NCBI GenBank assembly: GCA_963783575.1
Contig: CAWAOD010000009.1
Location: forward strand, 352,001-416,000
DNA: 64,000 nt
Source of the DNA: an uncultured Spirochaetota bacterium
GTDB lineage: Bacteria > Spirochaetota > Brevinematia > Brevinematales > JAOACQ01
Direction: 5' to 3'
Shown: piece after piece, positions 32,823 to 42,356 of the stretch
How the letters are laid out: each line of letters opens with the position of its first letter
Position numbering within the stretch: the first letter of the stretch is position 1
The notes under the pieces: model-generated
What the model was told of the DNA's origin: nothing
What the model saw: the letters and a program-made list of their open reading frames with translations, nothing else
The model's database searches: none
Translations under genes and position numbers: made by a program

Positions 32823-34160
32823 ATGGCATTATTATCAGAAATTGAATCTGCACTAATGCTTGGAATTACAGTTGAATTATTAAATTCATATACAAAATAT
32901 TGTCCAAAATCTGGCGAAAATGTTAAATTAAAATATAAAATAGTAAAAGGTATAAAACATTTTGAAAAAGATGATATTCTATTTTATCATAAATATTTAA
33001 ACAGTCCGTGGCCTATGCCAAAAAAAGGAGAAAGACCATATATTCCTAAAGCAATCCAAGATTTTATAAAGTTTGAATCACATTATTCCTGTTCAATTTG
33101 CGGTCATATGGATAATGGTGAAATAGCACATATTGAAGCAGTTTCAACAACACTAAATAATAGTCCAGATAATCTTATTTATTTATGTCCAAATCATCAT
33201 ACAAAATATGATTATGGTTACAAACCTAATAGTAATGTTACATTAGAAGAAATTCGTGCTTCAAAACTTTTAAAAAGAAATGCTTTACAAAGAGTGATGA
33301 AATATGAGTCTAATACAGTTAAATTATTAAAAGTTACATTATTAAACATAAAATCAATCAGTGAAAAACTAGCCTTTGAAAGTGATAAAACAATGCTAGA
33401 GATTTATAATGTTGAATTACAAAACATTGTGAAGAATTTACCAGAATATATAGATAAAGCAAATGATGACGCAAAAAAAGATATAAGTTTAGTAAATGAA
33501 AAAGAACTATTATCTAAAAATGCACCAAATTTAATAAAATATTCAAATATAATAATAAAAGATTCTTCTTTGTTCAAAACATCCGTTGACTCAATAATCA
33601 AGATTTCTAACGAAATATTTATTGATTTAGATGAATATCCCTGTCCTCATTGTGGAGGAAGCGGACTAACAGGATTACTCGGTGATATATGTGTTTATTG
33701 TAAAGGTTCTTGTGTAGTCTCAAAGCAAATGGTTAATAGTTATGACTCTAATAAAATTGATGAAGTTGAATGTCCTCATTGTGGAGGAAGCGGACTAACA
33801 GGATTACTCGGTAATATATGTATTTATTGTAAAGGTTCTCGTAGAGTATCTCATAAAAAGTTTGATCAGTATGATCCAGATAAAATCGATGAAGTTGATT
33901 GCCCTCGTTGTGGGGGAAGCGGACTAACAGGATTACTCGGTGATATATGTACTTATTGTAAAGGTTCTCGTAGAGTATCTCATAAAAAGTTTGATGAGTA
34001 TGATCCCGATGAAACCAATGAAGTTGAATGTCCTCATTGTAGGGGAAGTGGTCTATCAGGATTAGTCGGTAATGTATGTAAATTATGTAAAGGTTCATGT
34101 GTTGTAACTAAGATAGTATATAAAGAATATATCAAGAAATATGGAACTATTGGCGATTAA
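32823..34160 (+). CDS. Cassette 3: HNH endonuclease with four DnaJ-like zinc-finger repeats
   Basis: CSICG...EIAHI...NLIYLCPNHH HNH motif; four CPxCxGSG...CxxCKGS repeats with 43-aa (129-bp) period. Confidence 0.85.
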   Translation: MALLSEIESALMLGITVELLNSYTKYCPKSGENVKLKYKIVKGIKHFEKDDILFYHKYLNSPWPMPKKGERPYIPKAIQDFIKFESHYSCSICGHMDNGEIAHIEAVSTTLNNSPDNLIYLCPNHHTKYDYGYKPNSNVTLEEIRASKLLKRNALQRVMKYESNTVKLLKVTLLNIKSISEKLAFESDKTMLEIYNVELQNIVKNLPEYIDKANDDAKKDISLVNEKELLSKNAPNLIKYSNIIIKDSSLFKTSVDSIIKISNEIFIDLDEYPCPHCGGSGLTGLLGDICVYCKGSCVVSKQMVNSYDSNKIDEVECPHCGGSGLTGLLGNICIYCKGSRRVSHKKFDQYDPDKIDEVDCPRCGGSGLTGLLGDICTYCKGSRRVSHKKFDEYDPDETNEVECPHCRGSGLSGLVGNVCKLCKGSCVVTKIVYKEYIKKYGTIGD

Positions 34161-34224
34161 AGCCTCCGCCGTCCTGGGCTCCGGCTTTTTGCTTAAACAT
34201 TCGGCCCGGAAAACATCGTACAAC

Positions 34225-35978
34225 GGCCTTGTAGAAAAAGTTAATTTCAGGTAATAATCCTCCATTCCCAAACAGTTTGTTTTTTTTGATCTGTCTGGAA
34301 TTACTTTATTTATATAAAACCGGGCTGAATTTACCGGCAAAGCTGCTTTTATTCCATCACTATGCCATTATATCCCTCCATAGACCTGAATTTTCCCGAT
34401 ATTGTGCACAGTATTATATAATACCCATTGAATATTCACTTTTCCCTTTCCCCTCAGCGTAAATCGATCCATACCTTTACATGCCCTTATATTCCCGAAT
34501 ACAGGCTCAACTATAGCCATTCTTTTCGCATAAAGCTTTCTGCCTTCAGGTGTATCTATGAACTTTCTCATTTCGTCCGAGTAATGTCTGTTATCCGCAT
34601 TTAACGGCCTTTTTGGCTATATAGTAGCTCTTATGGAACCTCCGTGTTCCCAAGGTTGTTTGATTTTATTTTAATTCTTCAGGAAGTCTTTCTGGAATGG
34701 ACAATTACGGCAGGCCGATAACCGGCACATATACTTCGCATATGTAATATGATTCACCGTATAGTTATATCTGAACCTGAGTTCCTCTCCTTTCTTGCAT
34801 ATATAAACATTATTTTCCGGATCATATTGAAAATCATCAATTGTATACTGCCCTTTCTTCGCAGGCTTATGTCTGTCAGCGGTTTCAAACCTGCAATCGC
34901 GCTTCCTGAAATTCGTATCCGGGATGACCGGTTTCATACCGTTTTGCGAAATATATTTCAGGTTCTTTTCGCTGAAATAATTGGTGTCCGCGGTGATTAT
35001 TTTATCCTTTAAATCTTTTCCCAATTCTACTTTTGCTTTACGGATCATCCCTTTCAGGAATTCCCCCTCAGACCCGCTCCCAAAAGCTTCGGGATATACC
35101 ACAACCTGATACTTCGAATCCACTACAGAAAGTCCGTTGTAGCCCTGGATAACACCATGTGAACTCTTTATTTTCGCACTCTCGTTGTCAGTGACATTGG
35201 ACTGCTTTTCACCATGCCGTGCCTTGTTTTTGGGTTTTTCACTTTCCAGAAACTTTTCTATCTTTTCAGCTTTCTTTAAAATCTTCTCGATCCGTGCCAG
35301 ATCTTTTTCCTTATCCTTCTCAGGAAAACCGCCGTCCTGATCACGCTTTTCATGTTCATCAAGCATTTCCTTAACCAGGTTTTCCAGCTTCTCTTTTTTC
35401 TTCTTCAAATCCTTAAATGTTCCGCTCCATTCCTTTGATGCATTTGACGATAGTTTGCACCCGTCCAGCGCGAACATATCCCCGCCTATGAGATTCAGTT
35501 CGTCACAAACCATCAATATATTCAGGAATACGGTATTTATCTCATTTTTCATCGAAGAAACAAAATCGGCGATTGAAGTAAAGTGCGGTATTGAATTGGC
35601 GGAAATGGCTTTGGCTATAATATTCGTTTTACACAAATATTCGATTTCACGTGATGTAAAAATACCGCGGGAATAGCTGTAGAGTATTATCTTCAGCATA
35701 ACCCGCGGATTATAGGCCGGGGCACCGGTAGCATCGTTCTTATACTTATTCTCAAAGATTTTAAGATCAATTCTGCTGTCAACAAGAAAACTGAGTGTAT
35801 ATTCAAATGTTCCCGGTATAATCTGCTCATCGAATGAGACAGGTATGAGTTCCATTTGATCGTAATTAACTTTCTTATGTCTTGCCATAATTGATTTCCC
35901 CTCTTGATTTTATTTACAATATATTTTAAAGTATAACCGTTATTTTGTACATGAATGACGGACTTTTTCTACAGGCTC
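34225..35978 (-). mobile_element. IS1182-family element B, full-length copy
   Basis: Imperfect 17-bp IRs (ggccttgtagaaaaagt / actttttctacaggctc); flanked by an AAC direct repeat. Confidence 0.88.
34368..35888 (-). pseudogene. IS1182-family transposase, frameshifted into 34671..35888 and 34368..34571
   Basis: GAPAYNP, LDGCKL, ADTNY motifs; C-terminal KRMAIVEPVFGNI lies in a different frame. Confidence 0.8.
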
Positions 35979-36399
35979 AACAACAGCTTAGCGTTCCGTT
36001 CCTCGGCGTTGCGACGCCTGCGGTACTCAGGGCTGCGCCCACATTTGCCTTTGACACAGTTTTTGCGTTATAATATTTGAAGGAAAGTTTTATGAGAAAT
36101 AATAAAATTTTACACTTTAAGGAAGCATTTACACAAAAAGGCAAAAACTGCGCCAATCGCTGACACGAACGTCAAACGTCGCCAAGCTATACCGTTATGT
36201 GCAATACTCGCGTTCGATTTAATAAATATTTATAGGGCGATTTAATTTTGCTTCTAAATTTTTTTTGATATAAAATAATACTTATAAATTTCAACTTTTT
36301 TTTGACTTTATTCTACTTTCTCATATAGAATATTTGACAGATTAAAATTAAAATATAATTATAAAAATAAGTTAATTGTAAAGTAAGGAGGATATTATT

Positions 36400-36819
36400 A
36401 TGATAAGTAAATCATTTTCAACAACAACTAAGAAGGTTTCAAAAGAGCAACTTTGGAAGCTTATGTCCCACATCAATGATTGGAAAAAGTGGGATAACAC
36501 AGTTGAATATTCTGAACTTCAAGGAGACTTTAAAACTGGATCAACATTTATTTTAAAACCTAAAGAAGGACCAAAAGTAAAAATAAAATTAATTGAAGTA
36601 AAACCAAATAATTATTTTAAAGACTGTACTATATTTCCTTTGGCTAAAATGTTTGGAGAACATTGGTATGAGGAAACGTCTGATGGCGTAAAAATTACTG
36701 TAACGATGACTATAAAAGGTATTCTGTCCTTTTTATGGTATAAAATAGTTATGAAGGAATTAGTTGAACATCTTCCGGAAGATGTAAAAAATCAAATTCA
36801 AGCTGCATATAAGTTATAA
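36400..36819 (+). CDS. Cassette 4 gene 1: SRPBCC/polyketide cyclase family protein
   Basis: LWKLMSHINDWKKW motif; AGGAGG RBS. Confidence 0.8.
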   Translation: MISKSFSTTTKKVSKEQLWKLMSHINDWKKWDNTVEYSELQGDFKTGSTFILKPKEGPKVKIKLIEVKPNNYFKDCTIFPLAKMFGEHWYEETSDGVKITVTMTIKGILSFLWYKIVMKELVEHLPEDVKNQIQAAYKL

Positions 36820-36873
36820 TTTATTTGCACTATAATTAGAGTAATCTAGAAGATTTATAAAAGAGGTATTAAT

Positions 36874-37305
36874 ATGAAATATTGGATTAATACAGTTTCA
36901 AAAGATCATGTTATGATTGGTAAAAAAAATGGAATAGTTCAAGCCAATCATGGAAAATTATCACCATTGAAACGATTAAAAGTTGGAGATCAAATAATTT
37001 ATTATTCGCCGAAAACCTCATTCGAAAATGGTGAACCTTTAAAAGCATTTACAGCAATTGCAGAAATAATCGATGAAAAAATATATCAAATAGAATTAAG
37101 TGATGACTTTAAACCATATAGAATAAATGCTAAATATTTGGATTGCAATGAAGTTAAAATTGAACCTCTGATAGAAAGTTTAAATTTTATTAAGAATAAA
37201 AAATCTTGGGGTTATATGTTTAGATTTGGATTATTTGAAATAACAAAACATGATTTTGATTTGATTTATTCGATGATGAAAAAACAACGCGAGTACAGCA
37301 CATAA
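36874..37305 (+). CDS. Cassette 4 gene 2: EVE domain protein
   Basis: YWINTVSKDHV...QANHGK...GDQIIYYSP...WGYMFRFGLFEI; stop codon lies within R'' ACATAAC (37300-06). Confidence 0.88.
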   Translation: MKYWINTVSKDHVMIGKKNGIVQANHGKLSPLKRLKVGDQIIYYSPKTSFENGEPLKAFTAIAEIIDEKIYQIELSDDFKPYRINAKYLDCNEVKIEPLIESLNFIKNKKSWGYMFRFGLFEITKHDFDLIYSMMKKQREYST

Positions 37306-37604
37306 CGGCCTTGTAGAAAAAGTTAATTTCAGGTAATAATCCTCCCTTTCCAAACAGCATGTTTTTTTTGATCTGTCCGGAATCACTTTTTTATATAAAA
37401 CCGGGCTGAATTTACCGGCAAAACTGCTTTTATTCCATCACTATGCCATTATATACCACCATATGGAAATGTCAAGAGTTTTTCCCATATCTGCGCTCGG
37501 GTAATTTCCCACCCCTTCCACAAGAGTATTTCCCATATGCTTCACAAGAGTTTTCCCCATACCTTCCACGTGAGTATTTCCCATAGTGAGGAGGCAAAGA
37601 ATGG

Positions 37605-38354
37605 TTACTCAACCTCCTTATTCAAATTTTGTATTCTGTAAGATTCTCCGCTCAAGTTATAAATATTTGAATGATGTAAAAGCCTATCCAGAAGAGCGGT
37701 TGTCATAATCGGGTCTCCCATCATTTCAGCCCAATCCTGAAATCCCTTATTCGATGTTATCACAATTGATGTCTTTTCATACAATTCACTTACAAGACTA
37801 AAGAATAGATTTGCCTCCTTCTTTTCGATAGGTGTGTAACCTATCTCATCAATGATTAATAAGTGTGACTTCATCATCCGGTTCAGCCTGAAAGCAGAGC
37901 TTCTCTGGATGTCCGCCGTTTTCAGAAACTTAATGAGAGTAGTCATCCTTTCAAAGCAGACAATATATCCCTTTTCAACTGCCCGGATTCCGATACTAAT
38001 TGCCAGATGCGTTTTCCCCAGCCCCGGAGACCCAAAGAACAACAGGTTATGATGATTATCAATCCAGCAGAAATCCAATAGCTGTGAAACATCCATTTTA
38101 GATATTCCATTCACTTTTTCAAAATTAAAACCTTCCACATCTTTGCGGACCGGGAAGTGTGCTCCTGCCATATTCCGCTGAAAACGTTTTTCCACTCTAT
38201 AATTCAATTCCAGAGAAAGCAGCCTCTGCAGAAAACTCAGATAAGACTCTTTTGCCTTTTCAGCCTCACCAATTTCCTCATCAATCCGTTTTATCATACC
38301 CTTCAACCCGAGAGTTGTAAGCGCAGTTATGATTTGTTCTCTTATCTTCAACAT
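37605..38354 (-). CDS. istB: IS21 helper ATPase IstB
   Basis: GSPGLGKTHLA, IIDEIGY and ALLDRLLHH motifs. Confidence 0.95.
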   Translation of the reverse strand: MLKIREQIITALTTLGLKGMIKRIDEEIGEAEKAKESYLSFLQRLLSLELNYRVEKRFQRNMAGAHFPVRKDVEGFNFEKVNGISKMDVSQLLDFCWIDNHHNLLFFGSPGLGKTHLAISIGIRAVEKGYIVCFERMTTLIKFLKTADIQRSSAFRLNRMMKSHLLIIDEIGYTPIEKKEANLFFSLVSELYEKTSIVITSNKGFQDWAEMMGDPIMTTALLDRLLHHSNIYNLSGESYRIQNLNKEVE

Positions 38355-39901
38355 TGCCGGCCCCCGATGGAGTCACAGAAACTCTGGTATTTCCCGATGT
38401 CTGATTTAGCTACTTCAAGATAGTGTTCAGGATTCACTGAAGGCCTGACAATCTTTTCAACATTCAAGGGTATTTCTGCCTTTTCTGTTATAAAACAGTT
38501 CAGGTAATTATCCCACAAATCCTTCATGGAATAACTATCACTCTCCAGGCAGTTTGAGATCGCTTGTGTAAGCTTCCCGGTATCAATTATCTTGTCCCTG
38601 AAGTATTTTCTTCCGGAAAGACATTGGTCCCTTACATAACGATTGAACTTCCTGAAATTACATTCAAGAAAATCCTTCCAGCCGGGAATATCAAAGTACC
38701 CGCTTACTTCTTCTTTCAATAACTGCACAGTCTTTCCCATTTCCCGGATCATTGACCTGTTGGTTACAATCTGCCCCGGAATCACTGAAAGCCGGTATTC
38801 GGCGATTTGCTCTCCCGTTATCCTGTCAAAGACAAAAAGCCGACTGCCCGTCTTGTAGATGTCCACCGAACCGTTCCTGTATTTTTCGGGAATATCATAC
38901 TGGCTTGCATCAACTGCGATCCGGCATTTATCGCTTACACTGCGCTCTTCCCTTGCTCCTATCCTGTCTTTACGGAATATCGAATTCCTGACAGATTGGA
39001 GATATGGTCTTTCCGTTTCAATCTCTATCAGTGGTATTTTCATTGTAGCCTGGGATATTCTCCCGTTGGCTTTTCTTTCCAGCCATTTCATCAGGCTTTC
39101 TTCCGCTTCCATTAAACTGTTGAACTCCCGGACTGAGAAGAAACCGTGCTTGATGAATTTGACTACGTTTTCAATCTTTCCCTTACTTTCCGGGTCAGCA
39201 GGTCGGCACACATACATTTTAAGACCCATTTCCCCGATGAAATACTGAAAGTCTTTCGTGTAGATGATATCGCCTGAGTTCTCACTCGCAACCATCGTGC
39301 AGTCCTGATCGATGACAAGTTCATGCGGTATCCCGCCCATATATGCGAAACAGTCCAACAGATGATTGATAAGGTCTTCTGTCCGGAATGGCCTCTCCTG
39401 GAGGGCCGCATACTTAAAACGACTGGCGGATAACACCGCGGCAAATATGTAATACCTTCTGCCATATCTGTCGGTATATTGACCGAAATCAAGCTGGAGC
39501 TGCTTTCCATATGGCATGTCAGGCACTTTTGTGTAATACCGTCGCTTTTCATTCAAGGTAAGCTGCCCGCTTTCAATCAGGTAATGTACGAAATTCCTCA
39601 TCGTATTTTCATTCGCCGGTAGTTTGCCTTTTACCTCCAATAAATAGTCATACAAAGCAGACATATTCAGCCGGATGTAATCATTCTTTTCATATACTTT
39701 CAATATGTCTGTTTTTATTCCTTCGAATTCTTTTTCACGGAAAGAGAATTCCATCAGGCTTTTCTGGTATTCGGAATCGTTCATAGCCCAATATTTTCGG
39801 ACTGTCTTAATATCTATTGACAGTTCCCGGGATACACCATTTTTACTTTTCCCCAAAAGTTTCAGTTTTTTTATGTCCTGATACATAATATTTTTCACCA
39901 T
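38348..39901 (-). CDS. istA: IS21 transposase IstA
   Basis: N-terminal HTH; QLDFG, IDQD and SKGKIENVV motifs. Confidence 0.95.
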   Translation of the reverse strand: MVKNIMYQDIKKLKLLGKSKNGVSRELSIDIKTVRKYWAMNDSEYQKSLMEFSFREKEFEGIKTDILKVYEKNDYIRLNMSALYDYLLEVKGKLPANENTMRNFVHYLIESGQLTLNEKRRYYTKVPDMPYGKQLQLDFGQYTDRYGRRYYIFAAVLSASRFKYAALQERPFRTEDLINHLLDCFAYMGGIPHELVIDQDCTMVASENSGDIIYTKDFQYFIGEMGLKMYVCRPADPESKGKIENVVKFIKHGFFSVREFNSLMEAEESLMKWLERKANGRISQATMKIPLIEIETERPYLQSVRNSIFRKDRIGAREERSVSDKCRIAVDASQYDIPEKYRNGSVDIYKTGSRLFVFDRITGEQIAEYRLSVIPGQIVTNRSMIREMGKTVQLLKEEVSGYFDIPGWKDFLECNFRKFNRYVRDQCLSGRKYFRDKIIDTGKLTQAISNCLESDSYSMKDLWDNYLNCFITEKAEIPLNVEKIVRPSVNPEHYLEVAKSDIGKYQSFCDSIGGRQC

Positions 39902-40171
39902 TCCTGCCTTCCTTTAATGAATTTTCATTAAAGGTAATCTTCAAGCCTCTCTATGGGAAATCTGTTTGTGACAGGTATGGGAATTTCATTTATTGCTACC
40001 CTGGTAAATTAGTTTATCATTTCCACCATAGACCTGAATTTTTCCTGTAAAGAACAAAGCCTGCTTATGTGCGCCCCGCAACATTAACGCCATTTCCGAT
40101 TGAGATGATGACAATTTGTTCGTTAGGAATATGGGCCAATTAGACGCTTACTGATTGTCAGTATAAAGATT

Positions 40172-41614
40172 TTATTGCTCGTAATTATTTTCTTCAGTTT
40201 TGAATTTGCTAACCAGTTTATCTAATAATTCAAGATTATCACTATTTTTTTGATTTGATTGTGATAAGATTTCGATTGAATTTAGTATCTGAATAAATCC
40301 TGTATTTATTTCTTCAAATTTGTTTTTAGTATCACTTGAAATCAAACTAATATTTGACATTGATAAAGTAATATTATCACTTTTTGAATCAACATCATGG
40401 CTTTGATCTTTTAATTTTTCAAAACTTGCCATTTGTTTTGATAATGATAGAATTATTTCTTTACTATGTGATGTTAAATTATTCATTGAAGTTTTTATAT
40501 CAATCATGCTATCTGATATATCCGAAACAGTGATTGAGATTTTTTGAAATACTTCATTAATTTCAGTTGTTGATTTTTCAGAATCATGTATATTATCAAG
40601 TATATTTTTTAAGGAAGTATGTACAGATTTTGAATTCAATGATGTACTTTCAGCGAGTTTTCTTATTTCGGTTGCAATAATTAAAAATCCTTTACCTTGT
40701 TCTCCGGCATGTGATGCTTGAATCGCAGCATTCATTGCCAGCAAATTAGTCATTTCCGAAATATCGTTAATGATATCGATAAAATTGAGAATATTCCTTG
40801 TTGAGGCAACAACCTTCTTCATTATTTCATTATTATTATTAATTTTCACGGCGCTATCTTTTGCTATAACAACTAAATCATCAACGATTTTAAGTTTTTC
40901 TATTAATGTATTCTCAATAGTTTTTATTAAAGAAATCATAACTTCTATTACTGAAGAAGATTCGGTTATTTCAACTGCCTGATTAGTAATTTTGTCAACA
41001 GAATCATTTATTGTAATACGCATATCCTCTGAAAGAGTATTACATTTTTGTATTTCAGTATCAAGTGTATTCATCATTGTAAATATATTGGAAATGTTAT
41101 TTTGAATTTCTTCAATTGATAGTGAGACTTCTCCAAATGAAGCTGTTAACTCAATATTAGTTAATACAGAATTTTCTTTTGTTTTTTTAATTTCTTTAAT
41201 AGCAGAATTTAGGGTCGATAAATAATTGTTATAGTTTTCTGATATTTCACTAAATTCATTTGAATATTTTTTATTAATTGTATCTATCAGATTGAAATTT
41301 TTAGCATCTCCCAATTTACTTTTTAATTCTTTTAGAGGAGATAAAATAAGTTTATATAAAATCAATAAAAAAATAAGTATAAGTGTTATAAATAAAGGAA
41401 TCTCCCATAATAAATTACTTATACTGCTATTATTAAATAAGGCTCCGAATAATACCATAAGTATTGAATACGGAATAATATAAACAAAAACTTTTATTAT
41501 AACTAATTTTTTCTTAAAAAACATTTTAGTAATATAAAATGCTAAAATTGTAAATATTGTTATAGAAATAATAAATACTGAGTATTTTTCCATATATTCC
41601 ATATAATTAATCAA
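40172..41614 (-). CDS. Methyl-accepting chemotaxis protein
   Basis: TM segments, HAMP-like region and [22 protein letters not shown] hairpin. Confidence 0.9.
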   Translation of the reverse strand: MINYMEYMEKYSVFIISITIFTILAFYITKMFFKKKLVIIKVFVYIIPYSILMVLFGALFNNSSISNLLWEIPLFITLILIFLLILYKLILSPLKELKSKLGDAKNFNLIDTINKKYSNEFSEISENYNNYLSTLNSAIKEIKKTKENSVLTNIELTASFGEVSLSIEEIQNNISNIFTMMNTLDTEIQKCNTLSEDMRITINDSVDKITNQAVEITESSSVIEVMISLIKTIENTLIEKLKIVDDLVVIAKDSAVKINNNNEIMKKVVASTRNILNFIDIINDISEMTNLLAMNAAIQASHAGEQGKGFLIIATEIRKLAESTSLNSKSVHTSLKNILDNIHDSEKSTTEINEVFQKISITVSDISDSMIDIKTSMNNLTSHSKEIILSLSKQMASFEKLKDQSHDVDSKSDNITLSMSNISLISSDTKNKFEEINTGFIQILNSIEILSQSNQKNSDNLELLDKLVSKFKTEENNYEQ

Positions 41615-41668
41615 AAATATTACTTTTTATAAGATTCACAGATAATATTTTGATATTTTTTGGCATTA

Positions 41669-42232
41669 TTATTTTCCAATCCAGGTAATAACTAACTCAC
41701 AATATCCTTTACCTTCTTCAATCAACACAGTATATTTTGCATCAACTTGTTTTGCTCCCGATATTTCCAGTGCTTTTTTATAAAACCCTATAATAGAAAA
41801 TCCAATAATCCTATGCTGTTTTTCAAAACCGGTATATTTTATTATAGCTCCATTAGGACCTGTCATTTTAACCTCAATTGAAACACCTCTAAAATAACTT
41901 TGATGTATAGCTGACATTTTATTAAGAACGAATTCAGGGGAACCTAATTTAACGAATATTTTATAAATACCTCTTAACTGTTTTTCAATTATTATTTCTG
42001 TTCTAGCTATTAATTCAGATTCATTACCATTTGCAGTTATTTTTATATCAGATTCCAAAAATTTTGAAAAATGATCCAATGAATACCATCCTAATGATAA
42101 TATCATTTTTTGAAATATAGCTCTAGATTCATTGTCCAGGCTTGAAATAATGCTATTAAACACCTGTTCTCCGCTTCTTTTTTTGAGATTTTCAAGTGAA
42201 TCATTAATCACTGAACCTTTAACTTCAACCAT
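41669..42232 (-). CDS. Hypothetical protein (DUF2378/V4R-like small-ligand fold), upstream of the MCP
   Basis: VKGSV...GWY...GIYKIF...LEISGAK...C...TW pattern; AGGAGG RBS. Confidence 0.55.
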   Translation of the reverse strand: MVEVKGSVINDSLENLKKRSGEQVFNSIISSLDNESRAIFQKMILSLGWYSLDHFSKFLESDIKITANGNESELIARTEIIIEKQLRGIYKIFVKLGSPEFVLNKMSAIHQSYFRGVSIEVKMTGPNGAIIKYTGFEKQHRIIGFSIIGFYKKALEISGAKQVDAKYTVLIEEGKGYCELVITWIGK

Positions 42233-42356
42233 ATTATCCTCCTATTGATAATTGATAGGAAAAAATATAATTCTATCTGAATGATAGGGAAATTATAATC
42301 AACGATTGAAAATAAAGCAAAAAAAAAGGAAAAACTGCAAAATATCACAACGTTTA

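Larger units (their letters stand above)
34218..36200 (+). other. attC-like site 3, split by an IS (about 226 bp when reconstructed)
   Basis: R'' GTACAAC at 34218-24; remainder 35979-36200 ends in R' GTTATGT and is similar to site 1. Confidence 0.8.
30286..37306 (+). mobile_element. Integron-like gene cassette array (4 cassettes), no integrase in window
   Basis: Co-oriented AT-rich ORFs, each running from a GTT box to an AAC box and separated by GC-armed palindromic attC-like sites. Confidence 0.85.
37464..40025 (-). mobile_element. IS21-family element
   Basis: Ends tggaaatg...catttcca, 5-bp CCATA target duplication, several (caa)gagt.tt.cccata repeats inside one end, istA-istB pair. Confidence 0.92.
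37307..40045 (-). mobile_element. IS1182-family element B, truncated second copy interrupted by IS21
   Basis: 37307-37463 matches 34225-34382; the match resumes for about 15 bp after the IS21 (40031-45) and then stops. Confidence 0.8.

Noticed and set aside
33630..34110. dnaJ chaperone
   Set aside because: Only the zinc-finger-like repeats are present; there is no J-domain or C-terminal substrate-binding domain.
36051..36074. TTGACA...TATAAT pair in attC3
   Set aside because: The spacer is only 12 bp; the alternative TTGCCT pairing is reported with low weight instead.
40066..40095. gtgcgccccgca resembling a group II intron 5' end
   Set aside because: No domain V/VI and no reverse transcriptase ORF; the match is too short.
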